DNA of 64,000 bases from Scyliorhinus canicula (GCF_902713615.1 NC_052150.1:176706107-176770106), one strand, 5' to 3'; shown: positions 1 to 12,454, numbered from the stretch's first letter. The notes: generated by a model not told the origin, from the sequence alone. Translations and numbers: made by a program.

Positions 1-161
1 ATCTTCGGACTGCTGGAGGAACCGGAGCACCCGGAGGAAACCCATGCACACATGGAGAGAACGTGCAGTCTCCACACAGACAGTGACCCAAGCCGGGAAT
101 CGAACCTGGGACCCTGGAGCTGTGAAGCATTTGTGCTAACCACTATGCTACCGTGCTGCCC
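1..161 (-). mobile_element. HE1-type V-SINE, 5' part (3' end lies outside the window)
   Basis: Reverse complement begins GGGCAGCACGGTAGCATAGTGGTTAGCAC (box A) ... GGTTCGATTCC (box B), followed by the V-domain core GGGTTTCCTCCGGGTGCTCCGGTT. Confidence 0.9.
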
Positions 162-165
162 CAAA

Positions 166-497
166 TCATAGACTTTACAGTGCAGAAAGAGGCCATTCGG
201 CCCATCGAGTCTGCACCAGCCCTTGGAAAGAGCACCCTACTTAAGCCCACGCCTCCACCCTATCCCCATAACCCAGTAACCCCACCTGACCTGTTGGACA
301 CTGAGGAACAATTTAGCATGGCAATCCACTTAACCTGCACATCTTTGGACAGTGGGAGGAAACCGGAGCACCTGGAGGAAACCCACGCAGGCACAGGGAG
401 AACTTGCAGACTCCGCACAGCCACCCGTAGCCGGAATTGAACCCCGGTCCCTGGAGCTGTGAGGCAGCAGTGTGGACCATTGCGCTATTGTGCTACC
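166..497 (-). mobile_element. HE1-type V-SINE, near full length
   Basis: tRNA-like head, V core and CR1-type tail (GATGGGCCGAATGGCCT...CTGCACTGTAAAGTCTATGA) on the minus strand. Confidence 0.9.
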
Positions 498-591
498 AGA
501 ATGAGGCATCTTTTCAGATGATCTTTAGATTACATTTACTGTAACAGAGAAGTTGGTTTCATGTAGAATCACAGTATTTACAGCGCAGAGG

Positions 592-678
592 GAGGCCAGA
601 CAGTGACCCAAGCCGGGAATCGAACCTGGGACCCTGGAGCTGTGAAGCAATTGTGCTAACCACTGTGCAACCGTGCCT
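592..678 (-). mobile_element. HE1-type SINE tRNA head fragment
   Basis: Near-identical to positions 75-155. Confidence 0.85.
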
Positions 679-829
679 TCCGAGGAGGTTTTTGTATTCA
701 TGATATTGTCAGGGCCCAAGAAATCATAAAATCATGGGACCAAGTAAGAATAATGGTTTGCAAAATATGATTAATTAAATGTAGAATTGAAACTCCTCCT
801 GTCCAACTATGGATTTGAGAATAGATCAG

Positions 830-1480
830 GGCCGGGATTCTCCCCTACCCGGCGGGGCGGGGGGTCCCGGCGTAGTGGAGTGGCGCCAACCACTCCGGCG
901 TCGGGCCTCCCCAAAGGTGCGGAGTTACGCACCTTTAGGGGCTAAGCCCGCGCCGGAGTGGTTGGCGGCAATTGGCGCCAACGGCCTTTGACGCCCGCCG
1001 GCTGGCGTCGGAGCTGGCCGAAAGACCTTCGCCGGTTCGCGCATGCGCCGTGCGTCAGCGGCCGCTGACGTCACCACCGGCGCATGGCGGTAGGAGGGGG
1101 TCTCTTCTGCCTCCACCATGGTGGAGGCCATGGCGGCGGCGGAAGAAAAAGAATGCCCCCACGGCACTGGCCCGCCCGCTGATCGGTGGGCCCCGATCGT
1201 TGGCCAGGCCACCGTGGGGGGCACCCCCCAGGGTCCGATCGCCCTGCGCCCCCCCCCAGGACCCCGGTGCCCGCTCGCGCCACCAATCCCGCCACCACCA
1301 GAGGTGGTTGAAACCACGTCGGCGGGAGAGGCCTCTCAGTGGCGGGACTTTGCCCCATCGCGATCGGCGCAGCGCGTTTCCCGCTCCCGCCGATTCCCGG
1401 GTTGCGGAGAATTCTGGCCACGGCGGGGGTGGGATTTACGCTGGCCCCGGGTCATTCTCCGACCCTGCGGGGGAGACTCT
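830..1480. mobile_element. PIF/Harbinger-type GC-rich MITE, right end damaged
   Basis: Left TIR GGCCGGGATTCTCC; internal sequence is homologous, inverted, to 7785-8360. Confidence 0.8.
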
Positions 1481-1547
1481 GTGAGACTCGTGCAGTGAGA
1501 CCTTTGCAGGCACCAAACCCTATAATAAGCTGGCTGAAGACAAATTG

Positions 1548-1885
1548 ATGAACGGATAGCCTGGGACCTTCAAGAGGGCAAAAAGCCTACCATTTCCACT
1601 AGGGATGGGAAAACAAATTCCTCTTTATGAATGTCAAAGGCAAGATCATTTGTTTCATTTGCCAACACAGCATAGCCTTGAGTAAAAGAGGTAATTTGAA
1701 ATGGCATCACAAGACAATTTATGCAAAATTCCAAGAACATTTCCCTTTAAACTGCATCAATGGGACAAAAAAAGTTAGGGAGTCGAAGGGAATTTAGAAA
1801 GCTCAACAACAGCCACTCTTTTTAAAACCTAAAGGCAAGGCCAGTAAAGAGGTTCCCTTTCCTATTGGTCATCTGCTGGTGAAAC
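1548..1885 (+). pseudogene. hAT transposase N-terminal remnant (zinc-finger-like region)
   Basis: Reads ...YHFH*GWENKFLFMNVKGKIICFICQHSIALSKRGNLKWHHKTIYAKFQEHFP, i.e. the CxxC...H pattern of GTF2IRD2/SPIN-like transposases, with stops and frameshifts. Confidence 0.8.
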
Positions 1886-1887
1886 AT

Positions 1888-3533
1888 TTTTTAAAAGTGT
1901 TTTTATTGGGTTTTATATCTTATATTTCACAGTTCACAAGTTACACACGGCATAACTACACAAGGGAAAAATAAACGAGCAAAATACGACAAACAGAAAT
2001 CAGCACACATATTTTAGCCATTTGTCTTCCCTCCCACTGTGACCGTGCATTCCCTTTAGTCAGCCTACATCTGTTATAGTCCCCAGTGTGGCCACAGCAC
2101 GTATTTACTATACTTTATTTATTGTCTATTTATAGTCTATTTATAGTTTAATACGGGCTTAAGCTTGCCCTCAGACCAATCTCTTGTGGTGTTGCCCCCA
2201 GTCTCTCATTTTCTTTGCGTGCCTTCGCTCCTTCCTCCCCCCCCCCCCCCCCCCCCCCTCCCCGGTTCCCCCACCTTGTCCCCTGGACCGTTTGAGTCTC
2301 CCCTGCCCCACCCCCTCTAACCTCCAGCCCCTTACTCTACTGGTTGCTGACTACGAACAGATCTTGGAACAAATTGGTCCTGTGGAAGCTCTCTTCTCCG
2401 GCTTGAGAAAGTCCACCAGGTCGGACAGTCAGTCTGCAGCTTTGGGTGATGCTGCCGTTCGCCAGCCGAGCAGGATGATCAGGGAGGTAGTGGCTAGCGA
2501 TCTGTTCCCCCCCACCCCAAAGACCTCCACTTTTGGGCATGGCTTCACTCTCACTCCCACAACCCTGGGCATCGCCTCAAAGAAGGTCGTCCTGTACCCG
2601 ACAAGTCTGGGGCAGGCCCAGAACATGTGGGCGTGGTCGGCTGGCCCTCCCTGGCATCATTCACATTCGTCCTCCACCTCTGGAAAGAACCTGCTCATTC
2701 GGGTTCTGGTTAAGTGCGCTCCTTACACCACCTTTAACTGCATTAGGCTAAACCCTGTCCATGTGGAGGTGGAGTTCACCCTGTGTAGTGTTTCGATCCA
2801 GAGTCCTTTCCCTACTTCTATGCCTAGTTCTTCCTCCTATTTTTCACTTCCCCAGCACCTTCCCTGCCTGCGTGGAGTTGATACTCTCCATGACTTCTCC
2901 CAGTTCTAATGGTGCTTCCAGGCCCCATCTCTTATCTTCCCCCATGACAAGCATGTCCAGTCCGTCAAGGAACTGTTTCATCCCTTAGTCTCCCTGGGGG
3001 GCCTTGGAGGTGTACAGCCCCTGGTTGAAAGCCGCAAAGGCCTCGTTGACACTTTCCAGCATGGCAACTAGTCTGTCATTGCTCTCCCTAACCTAAGCTA
3101 TTTCGCTCATGGTTGCCTGCTCTCTCAGCTGCTGAGCCAGCAGGCAGCTGACTTTGTCTCTGTGCTTGTAGAAGGCTCCACATGTCTGACGGAGTTGGTA
3201 CACTGCTTTCCCTGTGGAGAGCATGCCAAAGTCCATTTGCAGCTTCTTCCCCTCCACCAGTAGCTCCACGGTTGGGGCAGTGGAGTACTGCCAGTCTACC
3301 TCCAGCATGGAGGTGACCAGTTCTTGCCTCATCGCTCTCTCCTTCCTTTCTTTGCACGCCTTGTGCGCAATAATTTCCCCCTTTATCACTGCCTTCAATG
3401 CCTCCCAGAAAGTGGAGGGTGAGACCTCCCCATTCTGGTTGTTGGTAACGTACCCACCTATGGTCTGTATTATCCGCTCGCAGAATGCATTATCGGCCAT
3501 GAGAGTCGTATCCAGCCTCCATGTAACCAACAT
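1888..3533 (-). mobile_element. L1/Tx1-clade LINE, internally deleted (ORF2 fragments, 3' UTR, poly(A) end)
   Basis: ORF 3093-3533 contains WRLD...SPSTFWEALKAVIKGEII; the C-terminal HMFWACP motif is near 2620; AATAAA and an A-rich tail on the minus strand near 1888-1907. Confidence 0.85.
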
Positions 3534-4094
3534 CTAATATTAATAAAGTGTTTATAGCTTTAGCTACAAGTGTTCGTGTAATATAAATCAGGCCATCCAA
3601 CAAGAACATTATACCCTCTACAGGACTGGGGCGGTGTCCAGGCATGGAGTGCTATTGCCGCGGTCTTCAAGGCAGCCACCAAGGTCACCCCACTGACCAC
3701 CCACCTTGGCCCCTAGTTCTGCAGAGTGACACTGGCCATATGGGTGCCCCACCCCCCACCCATCCAACCAGGCTGCCACCCTCCGGTAGGGCATCAGGTG
3801 GCCAATCAAGGGCAGTGCCCACTGTAGCCCCTATGGGGGGGGCGGTGGGCGGGGGCCACGGAGTGTACCCATGGCAAAGGCAATGCCAGCCGACAGTACC
3901 TCTGGCCAACTGGATGGGCGCCAGGGCCAGATGGTGCTGGGTATTGATGAGGTCAAGGGTGAGGAGATGTGAGGAGGACATGTGGGGGCAGAGCCCGTGG
4001 TTCCAACCAAGGCCACCATGTAGCCCCGTGGACCTGGTTGGGCATGGGGGTATGCACCATACTAACATGTTGGCCTTTCACCTTCCTGCAGACA

Positions 4095-5485
4095 ATGGAT
4101 ATTGGAATTCAACCAGCAATGGTGGCCTTCCTGCTGGTCGCCACAGCCCTGAGGGATGCCCTGCGGCTGTTTGAGCTGGAGCTGCTCGAGGAGGAGGAGG
4201 AAGCTGCAGCAGCAGAGCCTGCCCCAGAGGAACAGGAGGCAGCCGCCCAGGATGGACAGCTGGCCGTCCTACAGGCCGAGGAGGAGGAGGAAGCTGCAGC
4301 AGCAGAGCCTGCCCCAGAGGAACAGGAGGCAGCCGCCCAGGATGGACAGCTGGCCGTCCTACAGGCCGAGGAGGAGGAGGAAGCTGCAGCAGCAGAGCCT
4401 GCCCCAGAGGAACAGGAGGCAGCCGCCCAGGATGGACAGCTGGCCATCCTACAGGCCGAGGAGGAGGAGGAAGCTGCAGCAGCAGAGCCTGCCCCAGAGG
4501 AACAGGAGGCAGCCGCCCAGGATGGACAGCTGGCCATCCTACAGGCCGAGGAGGAGGAGGTGCAAAGGAAGCTCCGCATGATGTTTCGTGCGCATTGGCA
4601 ACGCCCGCCATTCAAGGACTTACTGGACCGGGCATTCGAAGACTCCGGCTGAGCAGGGAGACAGTGCAACATATCTGCCAGATCATGGCATACCTGGCAC
4701 CGCGGGGGGTATGGAGGAGGACACCCGATCCTGGTGGTTGTCAAGATAACGGTCACCCTAAACTTTTATGCGACGGGGTCCTTCCAGACGGCGAGTCTGG
4801 AATCTCACAGACCTCGGTGCACAGGTGCAGCCGTGTCAACCTGGAGGCCCTATATGTCCAGTCGGCTCAATACAACCATTTCAATGTAGATCGAGCCCAC
4901 CATGATGCCTGAGCAGTGGGGTTCACAGCCATTGCCAACATGCCCTGGGACCAGGGGATGATCGATGAGATGTGTGTCCCTCTACGGGCATCTGCAGATG
5001 ACAGGTCGCTCAACACAAACTGAAAGGGAATCCACTTGATGAACGTCCAGCTGCTATGTGACCATCAGCTGCGCATCATAAATGTCTGCGTTCAATACCC
5101 GGGCAGGGTGCACAACGCCTTCATCCTGCACACTCGACAATTCCTGAAATGTTTGAGATGCCCCCCGGCTGGGGATTTGGCTCCTGGGCCACAGGGGTTA
5201 TTCACTGCAGTCGTGGCTGGTGTCACCTACCTGGGGGCCACAGGCCGATGTGGAGACCCGCTATAACGATGCTCATACAGCGATCAGCAGTGTGTTCGAG
5301 CAGTGCTTTGGCCTCCTAAAGATGTGCTTCAGGTGCCTGGACCACTCCGGAGGCGACCTCTAGTTTGATGCTGAGAGGGTCGCCCGCATTATGGCGGTCT
5401 GCTGCGTCTTCCACATCATCACACAACAGAGGGGCGATGTGCTGGAGGAGGAGGATGAATGCCAGACCTCCTCTGATGAGGAGGA
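4095..5485 (+). pseudogene. Harbinger (HARBI1-like DDE) transposase, frameshifted
   Basis: Motifs RLRLSRETV, LNFYATGSFQ, GISQTSVHRC, MNVQLLCDHQLRIINVCVQYPGRVHNAFIL, RYNDAH, EQCFGLLKMCFRCLD, VCCVFH; splice acceptor TTCCTGCAG immediately before the ATG at 4095. Confidence 0.9.
4187..4560 (+). repeat. 90-bp tandem repeat, about 4.1 copies, in frame in the transposase N-terminus
   Basis: Unit encodes EEEEEAAAAEPAPEEQEAAAQDGQLA(V/I)LQA; copies differ at one position. Confidence 0.97.
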
Positions 5486-5904
5486 TGACCCCCTCTGGGA
5501 TACATACGTGCTGCACAATAGGGTGTGGGCCCTGGGTTGGCAGTAACGCCGGGTCTAGTCCATTGGATGGAGGATGATGACAACCCGCTCTATGATGACC
5601 TCTGGTACTCCGCATCATTTGACAACGTCTGACTCCTGCCCATGGTAGAACTTTCCACAGTCCAGCTGGGTGATCCCTGCATGAGAGCTGCTCATGCCAT
5701 CACACGTCCCATTGAATCCCTGGAGTGACAGTGGTGTGGACGATCGAAGGGGGAGGGTGGGGAGACCAGGCTATCCACAATCCACAATGTCCGCCCATTA
5801 ACGCCCCCCCACCTCCCCGCCCTGCACCCCCTCTTTGGTCAGCACAGAGCAGCCCACCCCTCACAGCCATCTGACAGAGCACCAAGACAGGTTGTAACAG
5901 GGTG

Positions 5905-6600
5905 AACAGGTCTTTAATGTGGCAACATATTTACAGAGTTGTGCCCTAGCCCCTATAACAAACCTGTGCCCTGCACCTGTGCAAACTTAACTAGTGTCTA
6001 GCTTTCTGGCCTTAGCACTATGTCTAGGTGGATCCCCAGGCAGTACAGCTGGAGAGGAGGCGGCCTGCTGTGACTCCTGCCCTGAGATCTGGGTCCCCGT
6101 TGGCGGCTGCCTTCTGAGGTGACCGAGCCTGGATGGGCCCGGCCGCTCCTCGGATGTCCTGGGTTGCGTGGTGCTGCCTCATTCTGCCCAGGGACAGTGG
6201 GGGAGAGTCCAAGGTGCTGCAGTGTTCCGGCACCTCCCCTGCGGAGTCACCGACACAGACCCCATCACCTCCTCCTCTCTTGGGCTGCCTGGTGGCCCCC
6301 AGGCTACTCCAATGGACGGGGGTGTGAGCTGAGCAATCCTTTAAGGCCCACCATCACCTGGCGCTGCCAGTCCTGGAGGCCCGCTCTGGTCTCGACCAGG
6401 GTCAGCATGCTCCTGGCCATGGAGCACAGGGCGTGAACCATCTCCATCTGGGACTACGCCACATCACACAGTGACTGTGCCAGCATCTTCTGGATCTGTG
6501 TCACATCAGCCAATGACTGCGCCATCTCCCTCTGGGACTGGGCCACCTCCCTCTGTGCCTGTGCCACATTGGCCAGCGTCTGGGCAATGTTGCCGACATT
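5905..6600 (-). pseudogene. Probable 3' part of the Harbinger second (Myb-like) gene, convergent with the transposase
   Basis: Degenerate 21-bp periodic, coiled-coil-like coding at 6440-6600; ATTAAA on the minus strand near 5915; position matches the convergent two-gene Harbinger layout. Confidence 0.5.
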
Positions 6601-6669
6601 CAAAGCTAGGTCAAGAGACAAAGGTCTTTGAGGACTTGTAGAAGAGAGACGTTCCCTCTTCTGACATCC

Positions 6670-6830
6670 TGCACACTCAAGGCGAAGGCCTACTTTGGTT
6701 CCACAAACCTCTGTGAGGTGGCTTTTTCCCAGATAAAATCATCAAGTCCAAGTATCGCACTCGTCTCACAGATGCCCATCTGATGGACAGTATGAGAATG
6801 GTCATCTCAAACCAAGACCCAGGCTTCACA
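6670..6830 (+). pseudogene. hAT transposase C-terminal dimerisation (hATC) remnant
   Basis: FGSTNLCEVAFSQI followed, after a frameshift, by KIIKSKYRTRLTDAHL. Confidence 0.85.
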
Positions 6831-7089
6831 GCACTCACAGATCATGTGCAAGCTGTCACACTAAGAATGGGTGAGTGTTATGCACAGTGTACATTTTTAG
6901 GGGTTTTAGTAAAATTGTATTTTTAAGAGTAGATCTTGTGCTACATTTAGATTCTAAAATTGATCTTGTGCTTAAAAAGGTTGGAGATCACTGTAATAGA
7001 TGCAAGTAAAACAACATATTTTGTTGAACATAGCCAGCAGTTGTGCAAAATAAGCCAATACAGTTGGAACTTTCATTCTGTACCATCTT

Positions 7090-7313
7090 TGTAATGAACT
7101 CGAATTGTCTTTATTGGTTGGCTAAATGGAGTATGAGCTCCCTCAATGATAGCTCATTGAGGGGGCCCATATAATCACCTGTGTAGGCTTTGTGAGCCAG
7201 TCTTAAGTTGACTGGACTGCTAGCAGCACTGTCTGTAGCTGCTCCTGTAATATCGTTATTGTAAATAAATATTGGTGTGGTGACGGAACTCCTGCCTCCC
7301 GTGGATTACTACA
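7090..7313 (+). mobile_element. Short solo LTR
   Basis: TGTAAT...TACTACA termini; exact 5-bp TSD ATCTT (7085-7089 and 7314-7318); TATAA and AATAAA inside. Confidence 0.85.
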
Positions 7314-7318
7314 ATCTT

Positions 7319-7781
7319 GCTCTTCCTTTTGGCAGTACCTTGGGATTGAGAATGACTTGCCTCCACTTCAGTTCGACGGGTTCTGTGAAGGCTTCTGAGT
7401 CTTCTATGTGATCTGTGTACTCTGCCATAAGTGGGGCAGGTGGTGCTTCAAAGGTCTGGTGGATGGGTTGTTTGGAGGTTATGCGCTCTCTCTGATAACT
7501 TGACTTCTCTGCACAATCCCGCCGAAGCCCCTCGACGTGTTTGGTGCTTTCCTGAACGAGCCTTCTCCATTTTGGCCGGTCACAAGCCATGGTCTCCCAG
7601 GAGTTTTGGGGAGGGGGGGGGGGGGGAGGTGCAAATGTTTAACTTCTTCAGGGTTGCTTTGAGGACGTCCATAAACCGTTTCTGCTGTCCTCCTGGGAGC
7701 CTCCTGCGGTGACCGAGGTCCGAGTAGAGCGCAGGAGAGTCTGGTGTCAGGAACACGAACAACGCGTCCCATCCGGTGGAG
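7319..7781 (-). mobile_element. RTE-clade LINE 3' fragment
   Basis: VVRVPDTRL, ALYSDL, GGQQKRFMDVLKATLKKLNI and ACDRPKWRRLV are typical RTE C-terminal motifs. Confidence 0.85.
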
Positions 7782-7784
7782 CTG

Positions 7785-8360
7785 GGGTGGGATTCTCCGA
7801 CCCCCCGGGGCCGGCGTCAATCCCGCCCCCGCCGTGTCTCGAATTCTCCGCCCCCCGGGATTTGGCGGAGGAGGGAATCGCGCCGCGTCGTGATGGGCCG
7901 AAGTCCCGCTGCTGACAGTCCTCTCCCGCCAGCGTGGTTTAAACCACCTACCTGACCGGCGGGATTGGCGGCGCAGGCGGGCTCCGGGGTCCTGGGGGGG
8001 GGGGGGCGCGGGGAGATCTGACCTCAGGGGGTGCCCCTACGGTGGCCTGGCCCGCGATCGGGGCCCACCGATCGGCGGGTGGGCCTGTGCTGTGGGGGCA
8101 CTCTTTTTCTTCCGCCTTCGCCATGGTCTTCATGGCCGGCGAAGTCCTTTCGGCCCCGGCTGGCATGGCACCAAAGGCCGTTCACGCCAGCCTGCGGCGT
8201 GGGAACCACTCCGGCGCGGGCCTAGCCCCTCAATGTGAGGGCTTAGCCCCAAAACGTGTGGAGAATTCCGCACCTTTGGGGCGGCCCGACGCCGGAGTGG
8301 TTCACGCCACTCTGACATGCCAGGACTCCCCGCCCCTCCGGGTAGGGGAGAATCCCGACC
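7785..8360. mobile_element. PIF/Harbinger-type MITE
   Basis: TIRs GGGTGGGATTCTCC and GGAGAATCCCGACC; 3-bp TSD CTG. Confidence 0.88.
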
Positions 8361-9394
8361 CTGGATTTGAATGACTGACACTTTGATGTTGGGCAGTTTG
8401 GCTTCAGAAAGGCTGATACTGTTGCACAGCCTCTCTTGTCACTGGATTTGGAGAATTTGCCAAGGCACCGCTGGTGGTACTTCTGTTCTTGCAGGTGCTC
8501 GTGTTTAAGATCTAGGCCCTCAAATATTATTCCTCCTGCACATTTTGCAGCAAAAGTCACTGGGTAGCAAAGTGAGGAAAAATAATGTGATTATGCAATG
8601 GTAGAATAACCTCTACTTGCAGAGGTTAAACAATGAATCACTTAGTGCAGCGTAGGTACCTTTAGATAGTCACATAAATAAGAGTGGTTAATAAATAGTT
8701 CAAAATTTAATCAGTCTCCCAACAATAAAAGCTTGTTTGAATAGAAAGTGTTGTGTCCGTTAACATATTCTTTCAGAAATTCTATCGTGCAGTTTCATGT
8801 ATGAAATAATTATTTGAGTTATAAAAGAAAAATGGATAGAAGTAATAATTCAGTTAACAACGCAGAACTGTGGAATTGTTACATTGTAAAACTGAATAAA
8901 GAACATGAGCATAACTAGACATTCCGGGAGCACGCCTTGCTGAGTCAGCTGAGTAAACAGCGGGCCGAATTTGTGAGTCACCAAATTCAATGAGTCATGT
9001 TTTTGGAAGTCTTGTAGCAAGACCCAAACTTTTGATCTTAATTTCATTCAGTCTCTTGTACACTGGCTTCACGTTAAATCAACAATGTGTTTTAACTTCC
9101 CAAACTATTTATGTTATTCTTTGCATTACATGGTCAATGCTGGGACATAGTGCTCTACCTTGTTTGCCTATTTAATATTGGCTTGAAGTTTGCTCCCTCT
9201 TTCAGATATCCCATCCTCAGCTGGTGAGACCCCGGAATGCACTCAGATCACCTGGATGGCCCACCTCACTTCCAAAAGCTGCTTGTGGTCACTCTCCTTA
9301 TCCCCACTAGCCTCCTGGATTATTCTTCATTCTACCGTGATTCTCCCTGCTATTTACTATTCCTGGCTCCTGTCTTCTGTGTATTCCTATTTAA

Positions 9395-9463
9395 ATGGCT
9401 CAGTTGGTAGTTCTCTTGCCCGAGAGTCAGAAGTTAGTGGGTTCAAATCCCACTCCAGGACTG
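9395..9463 (+). mobile_element. tRNA-derived SINE head fragment (SacSINE1-like)
   Basis: Box A TGGCTCAGTTGG and box B GGTTCAAATCC; no complete cloverleaf. Confidence 0.65.
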
Positions 9464-9489
9464 TAATTTTCAGTGAATTGGCAGAGAGG

Positions 9490-11095
9490 GTAGAACTCTA
9501 ACAGTGACCCTCTCAAGGTCAACTTGATTTTCTCCAAACAGAGAAAGCTAGCCATGTCCGATAGCCAGGTCTCCGACTTCAGGGGCTTTGAGTCCCTCCA
9601 AGCTAATAGTATCCGTCTCCGGGCTACCAGGGAAGCAAAGGCCAGAACGTCTGCCTCTTTCTCCTCCTGGATTCCCGGGTCTTCCGACACCCCGAAAATT
9701 GCCACCTCTGGACTCAGCGCCACCCTTGTTCTTAACACCGTGGACATGGCATCTGCAAACCCCTGCCAGAATCCCCTAAGCTTCGGACATGCCCAGAACA
9801 TGTGGACATGGTTCGCTGGTCCTCCCGCACATTTTTCACACCTGTCTTTCACCCCAAAGAATCTGCTCATCCGGGCCACTGTCATGTGAGCCCAATGAAC
9901 AACCTTGAATTGTATCAGGCTGACCCTGGCACATGTTGCGGACGCGTTGACTCTACTCAACGCGTCCGCCCATAGACCATCCTCCATCTCTCCTCCCAGC
10001 TCCTCCTCCCACTTACGCTTCAGCTCCTCGGTCTGCGCCTCCTCCGACCCAATAAGTTCCTTGTAAATGTCCGAGACGCTCCCTTCTCCTACCCACCCTC
10101 TGGAAACTACCCTGTCCTGAATCCTCCTTAGCGGTAGGAACGGGAAGGTTGACTTTGTTTTGTTTTGTTTCCCCTCGCCAACCCAAACTTCTCCTCCAGC
10201 ACCCTCATATTCAGAAAGCTCCCCTCTATAAACATATCCCCCACCCTCTCAATCCCTGCTCTCCACCATATCCGAAACCCCCCCATCCGTACTTCCCGGG
10301 GCAAACAGTGGATTATTATAGATTGGGGACCAGACCAATGCTCCCTCTGCTCCCACATGTCTCCTCCATTGCCAACAGACTCTCAAGGCCACCACCACCA
10401 TGGGGCTGATGGAGTACCGAGTCGGTGGGGACGGAGGTGCAGTTACCAACACCCCCACACTGGTGCCCTAGCATGAAGCCGCCTCCATACGCTCACATGC
10501 CGACCCCTCCCCCACAACCCACTTCCTGATCTTGGCTATAGTCGCCGCCCAGTAATAGGTACTAAAATTTGGAAGCGCCAGCCCGCCCTCTCCCCGGCTC
10601 CGCTCAAGCATTACCTTCTTTACCCACAGGGTCTTGCCCGCCCAAACAAAGCCAGAGATCACTTTGTTGACCCGTTTAAAAAAGGACTGCGGAATAAAGA
10701 TGGGGAGACATTGAAACACGATTAGGAATCTCGGGAGGACTGTCATCTTCACCGTTTGCACCCTCCCAGCAAATGGGAGCCTGTCCCATCACTGAAAATC
10801 GTCCTTCATTTGGTCTACTAGTCGGGCCAGACCTAATGTATGTAGCCGGTCCCATTCCCGCACCACTTGAATGCCTAGGTACCTAAAGCTTCCCCCTACT
10901 AATCTAAACGGCAGCTCTCCCAATCGCCTCTCCTGTCCCCTCGCCTGTACCGCAAACATCTCACTTTTCCTCATATTTAGCTTATACCCTGAAAACCGGC
11001 CAAATTCCCCCAGAATCCTCATGATTTCTTTCATCCCCTCTAATGGGTCTGATTCATACAGAAGCAGGTCGTCTGCATAGAGCGAGACTCTGTGC

Positions 11096-11126
<31 letters not shown>

Positions 11127-11530
11127 ACCTTAATACTGGAGGACAAAATGTTGGCCAGCAGTTTGGCGTCCACATTCAGCAGGGATAGCGGCCGGTAGGA
11201 CCCACACAGCTCCGGGTTCTTGTCCCGCTTCAGAATCAGCAAAATCGTGGCCTGTGACATCATTGGCAGCACCCCTCTCTCCCTTGTCTCATTGAACATC
11301 CTCATCAACACCGGCCCCAATATCCCCGAGAATATCTCACCCCCCCCCACCTCGCTGATCAGCCATCCCCTTTTTTGGGCCCGCATCCAGCCCATGCTCC
11401 ACACCTCCATCGGCCCGCCCCCAGGCAGCCTCCGCCCCCAACCTCCTCTCTGTCCCTTGGCCCAAGTCCCTCCCTCATCAGCAGAACATTTTCCGCCCCT
11501 CACCCGCCCTGGTAACAACACTCTGTAACC
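9490..11530 (-). mobile_element. L1/Tx1-clade LINE ORF2 remnant with deletions
   Basis: YRPLSLLNVDAKLLA, SLYADDLLLY (RT), GGLALPNFSTYYWA, CEKC...HVHMFWACP (C-terminal Cys/His domain). Confidence 0.92.
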
Positions 11531-11702
11531 CAACCCCTTTGATAAACTGGATATATAAATGTGGTTGACCCTTAACAGTCTCCTCAAGGGCAATTATGGG
11601 CAATTATGGATGGGCATTTGCCCTCGTCCCATGAACAAATTAAACAAAAAGTGCATTCCAATCACTGAAGTGTGTGATTTTACTGTACTTACCTCTGTTT
11701 GA

Positions 11703-11950
11703 TAATAATAATCTTTATTGTCACAAGTAGGCTTACATTAACACTGCAATGAAGTTACTGTGAAAAACCCCTAGTCGCCACACTCTGGCACCTGTTCAAG
11801 TACACAGAGGGAGAATTCAGAATGCCCAAATTACCTAACAGCACATCTATTGGCACTTGTAGGAGGAAATCGGAGCATCCGGAGGAAACCTACGCAGACA
11901 CGCGGAGAATCTGGGACCCTGGCGCTGTGAAGCAATAGTGCTAACCACTG
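11703..11950 (-). mobile_element. V-SINE variant with a non-CR1 3' tail ending in (ATT)n
   Basis: tRNA head and V core, then the tail GTGGCGACTAGGGG...CACAGTAACTTCATTG...GTGACAATAAAGATTATTATTA. Confidence 0.8.
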
Positions 11951-12454
11951 GGAATCCCCCTATTACAGGGGTTCCCCTATCACAGGAGTCCCTGGGGGGG
12001 ACAGGTTGGGTCACCCTCGTATTTGGGGGTGGGCACCCTGACAATCCGAAGATGGGGGCTGCCGGGCGGTAGGGGAGGGGGTTTGGGGCCAATTTGCAGT
12101 GGGGGTTGCTGGGGTGACTTGCGGTGCGGGAGGTGGGTGGGGTGCTGGCCCTGGGACTGGCCCGATAGCGGGATTCCCAGGGAATCCCTCGTATTCTACA
12201 CCATGCATATATTTGCATGGCGTGGAACACTGAAATGTATCCCGCTTTACGGTTGCAAGAAAATCGTAAAACTGGTGCAATTCAGCTCCAACCAGATAAC
12301 ATCGGGCGGGCTTCTCTGTTTCTGAGACTAAGTGTTAATGCCGATGCAGAATTGGTAGACCTTCATGACAGAAAAACTGGCGCCGAACCTGAATTGATTC
12401 AGCGACTGTGGAGGGCCCAGCACTGACACCACATGGAACACAATCGAACACAAT

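Larger units (their letters stand above)
827..6993 (+). mobile_element. hAT (Charlie/SPIN, GTF2IRD2/EPM2AIP1-like) DNA transposon interrupted by nested insertions
   Basis: Right TIR AGGTTGGAGATCACTG (6978-6993) is followed by TAATAGAT; left CAG at 827 is preceded by GAATAGAT (8-bp TSD, 1 mismatch, central TA); N- and C-terminal transposase remnants lie inside. Confidence 0.7.

Noticed and set aside
809-1548. Many overlapping GC-rich ORFs (also at 7948-8381, 51515-52073 and 57824-58583)
   Set aside because: They result from high GC content in MITEs and show no domain signatures
4095-5485. Domesticated HARBI1 gene
   Set aside because: Multiple frameshifts and stops, and damaged catalytic motifs; a decayed transposon copy
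9395-9463. tRNA gene
   Set aside because: Box A and B are present but there is no acceptor stem or terminator; this is a SINE head. The same applies to all HE1 heads
11097-11127. Long poly(C) tracts (also near 2237, 12778 and 47862) as functional G-quadruplexes
   Set aside because: Expanded homopolymers inside TE relics; their lengths may be sequencing artefacts
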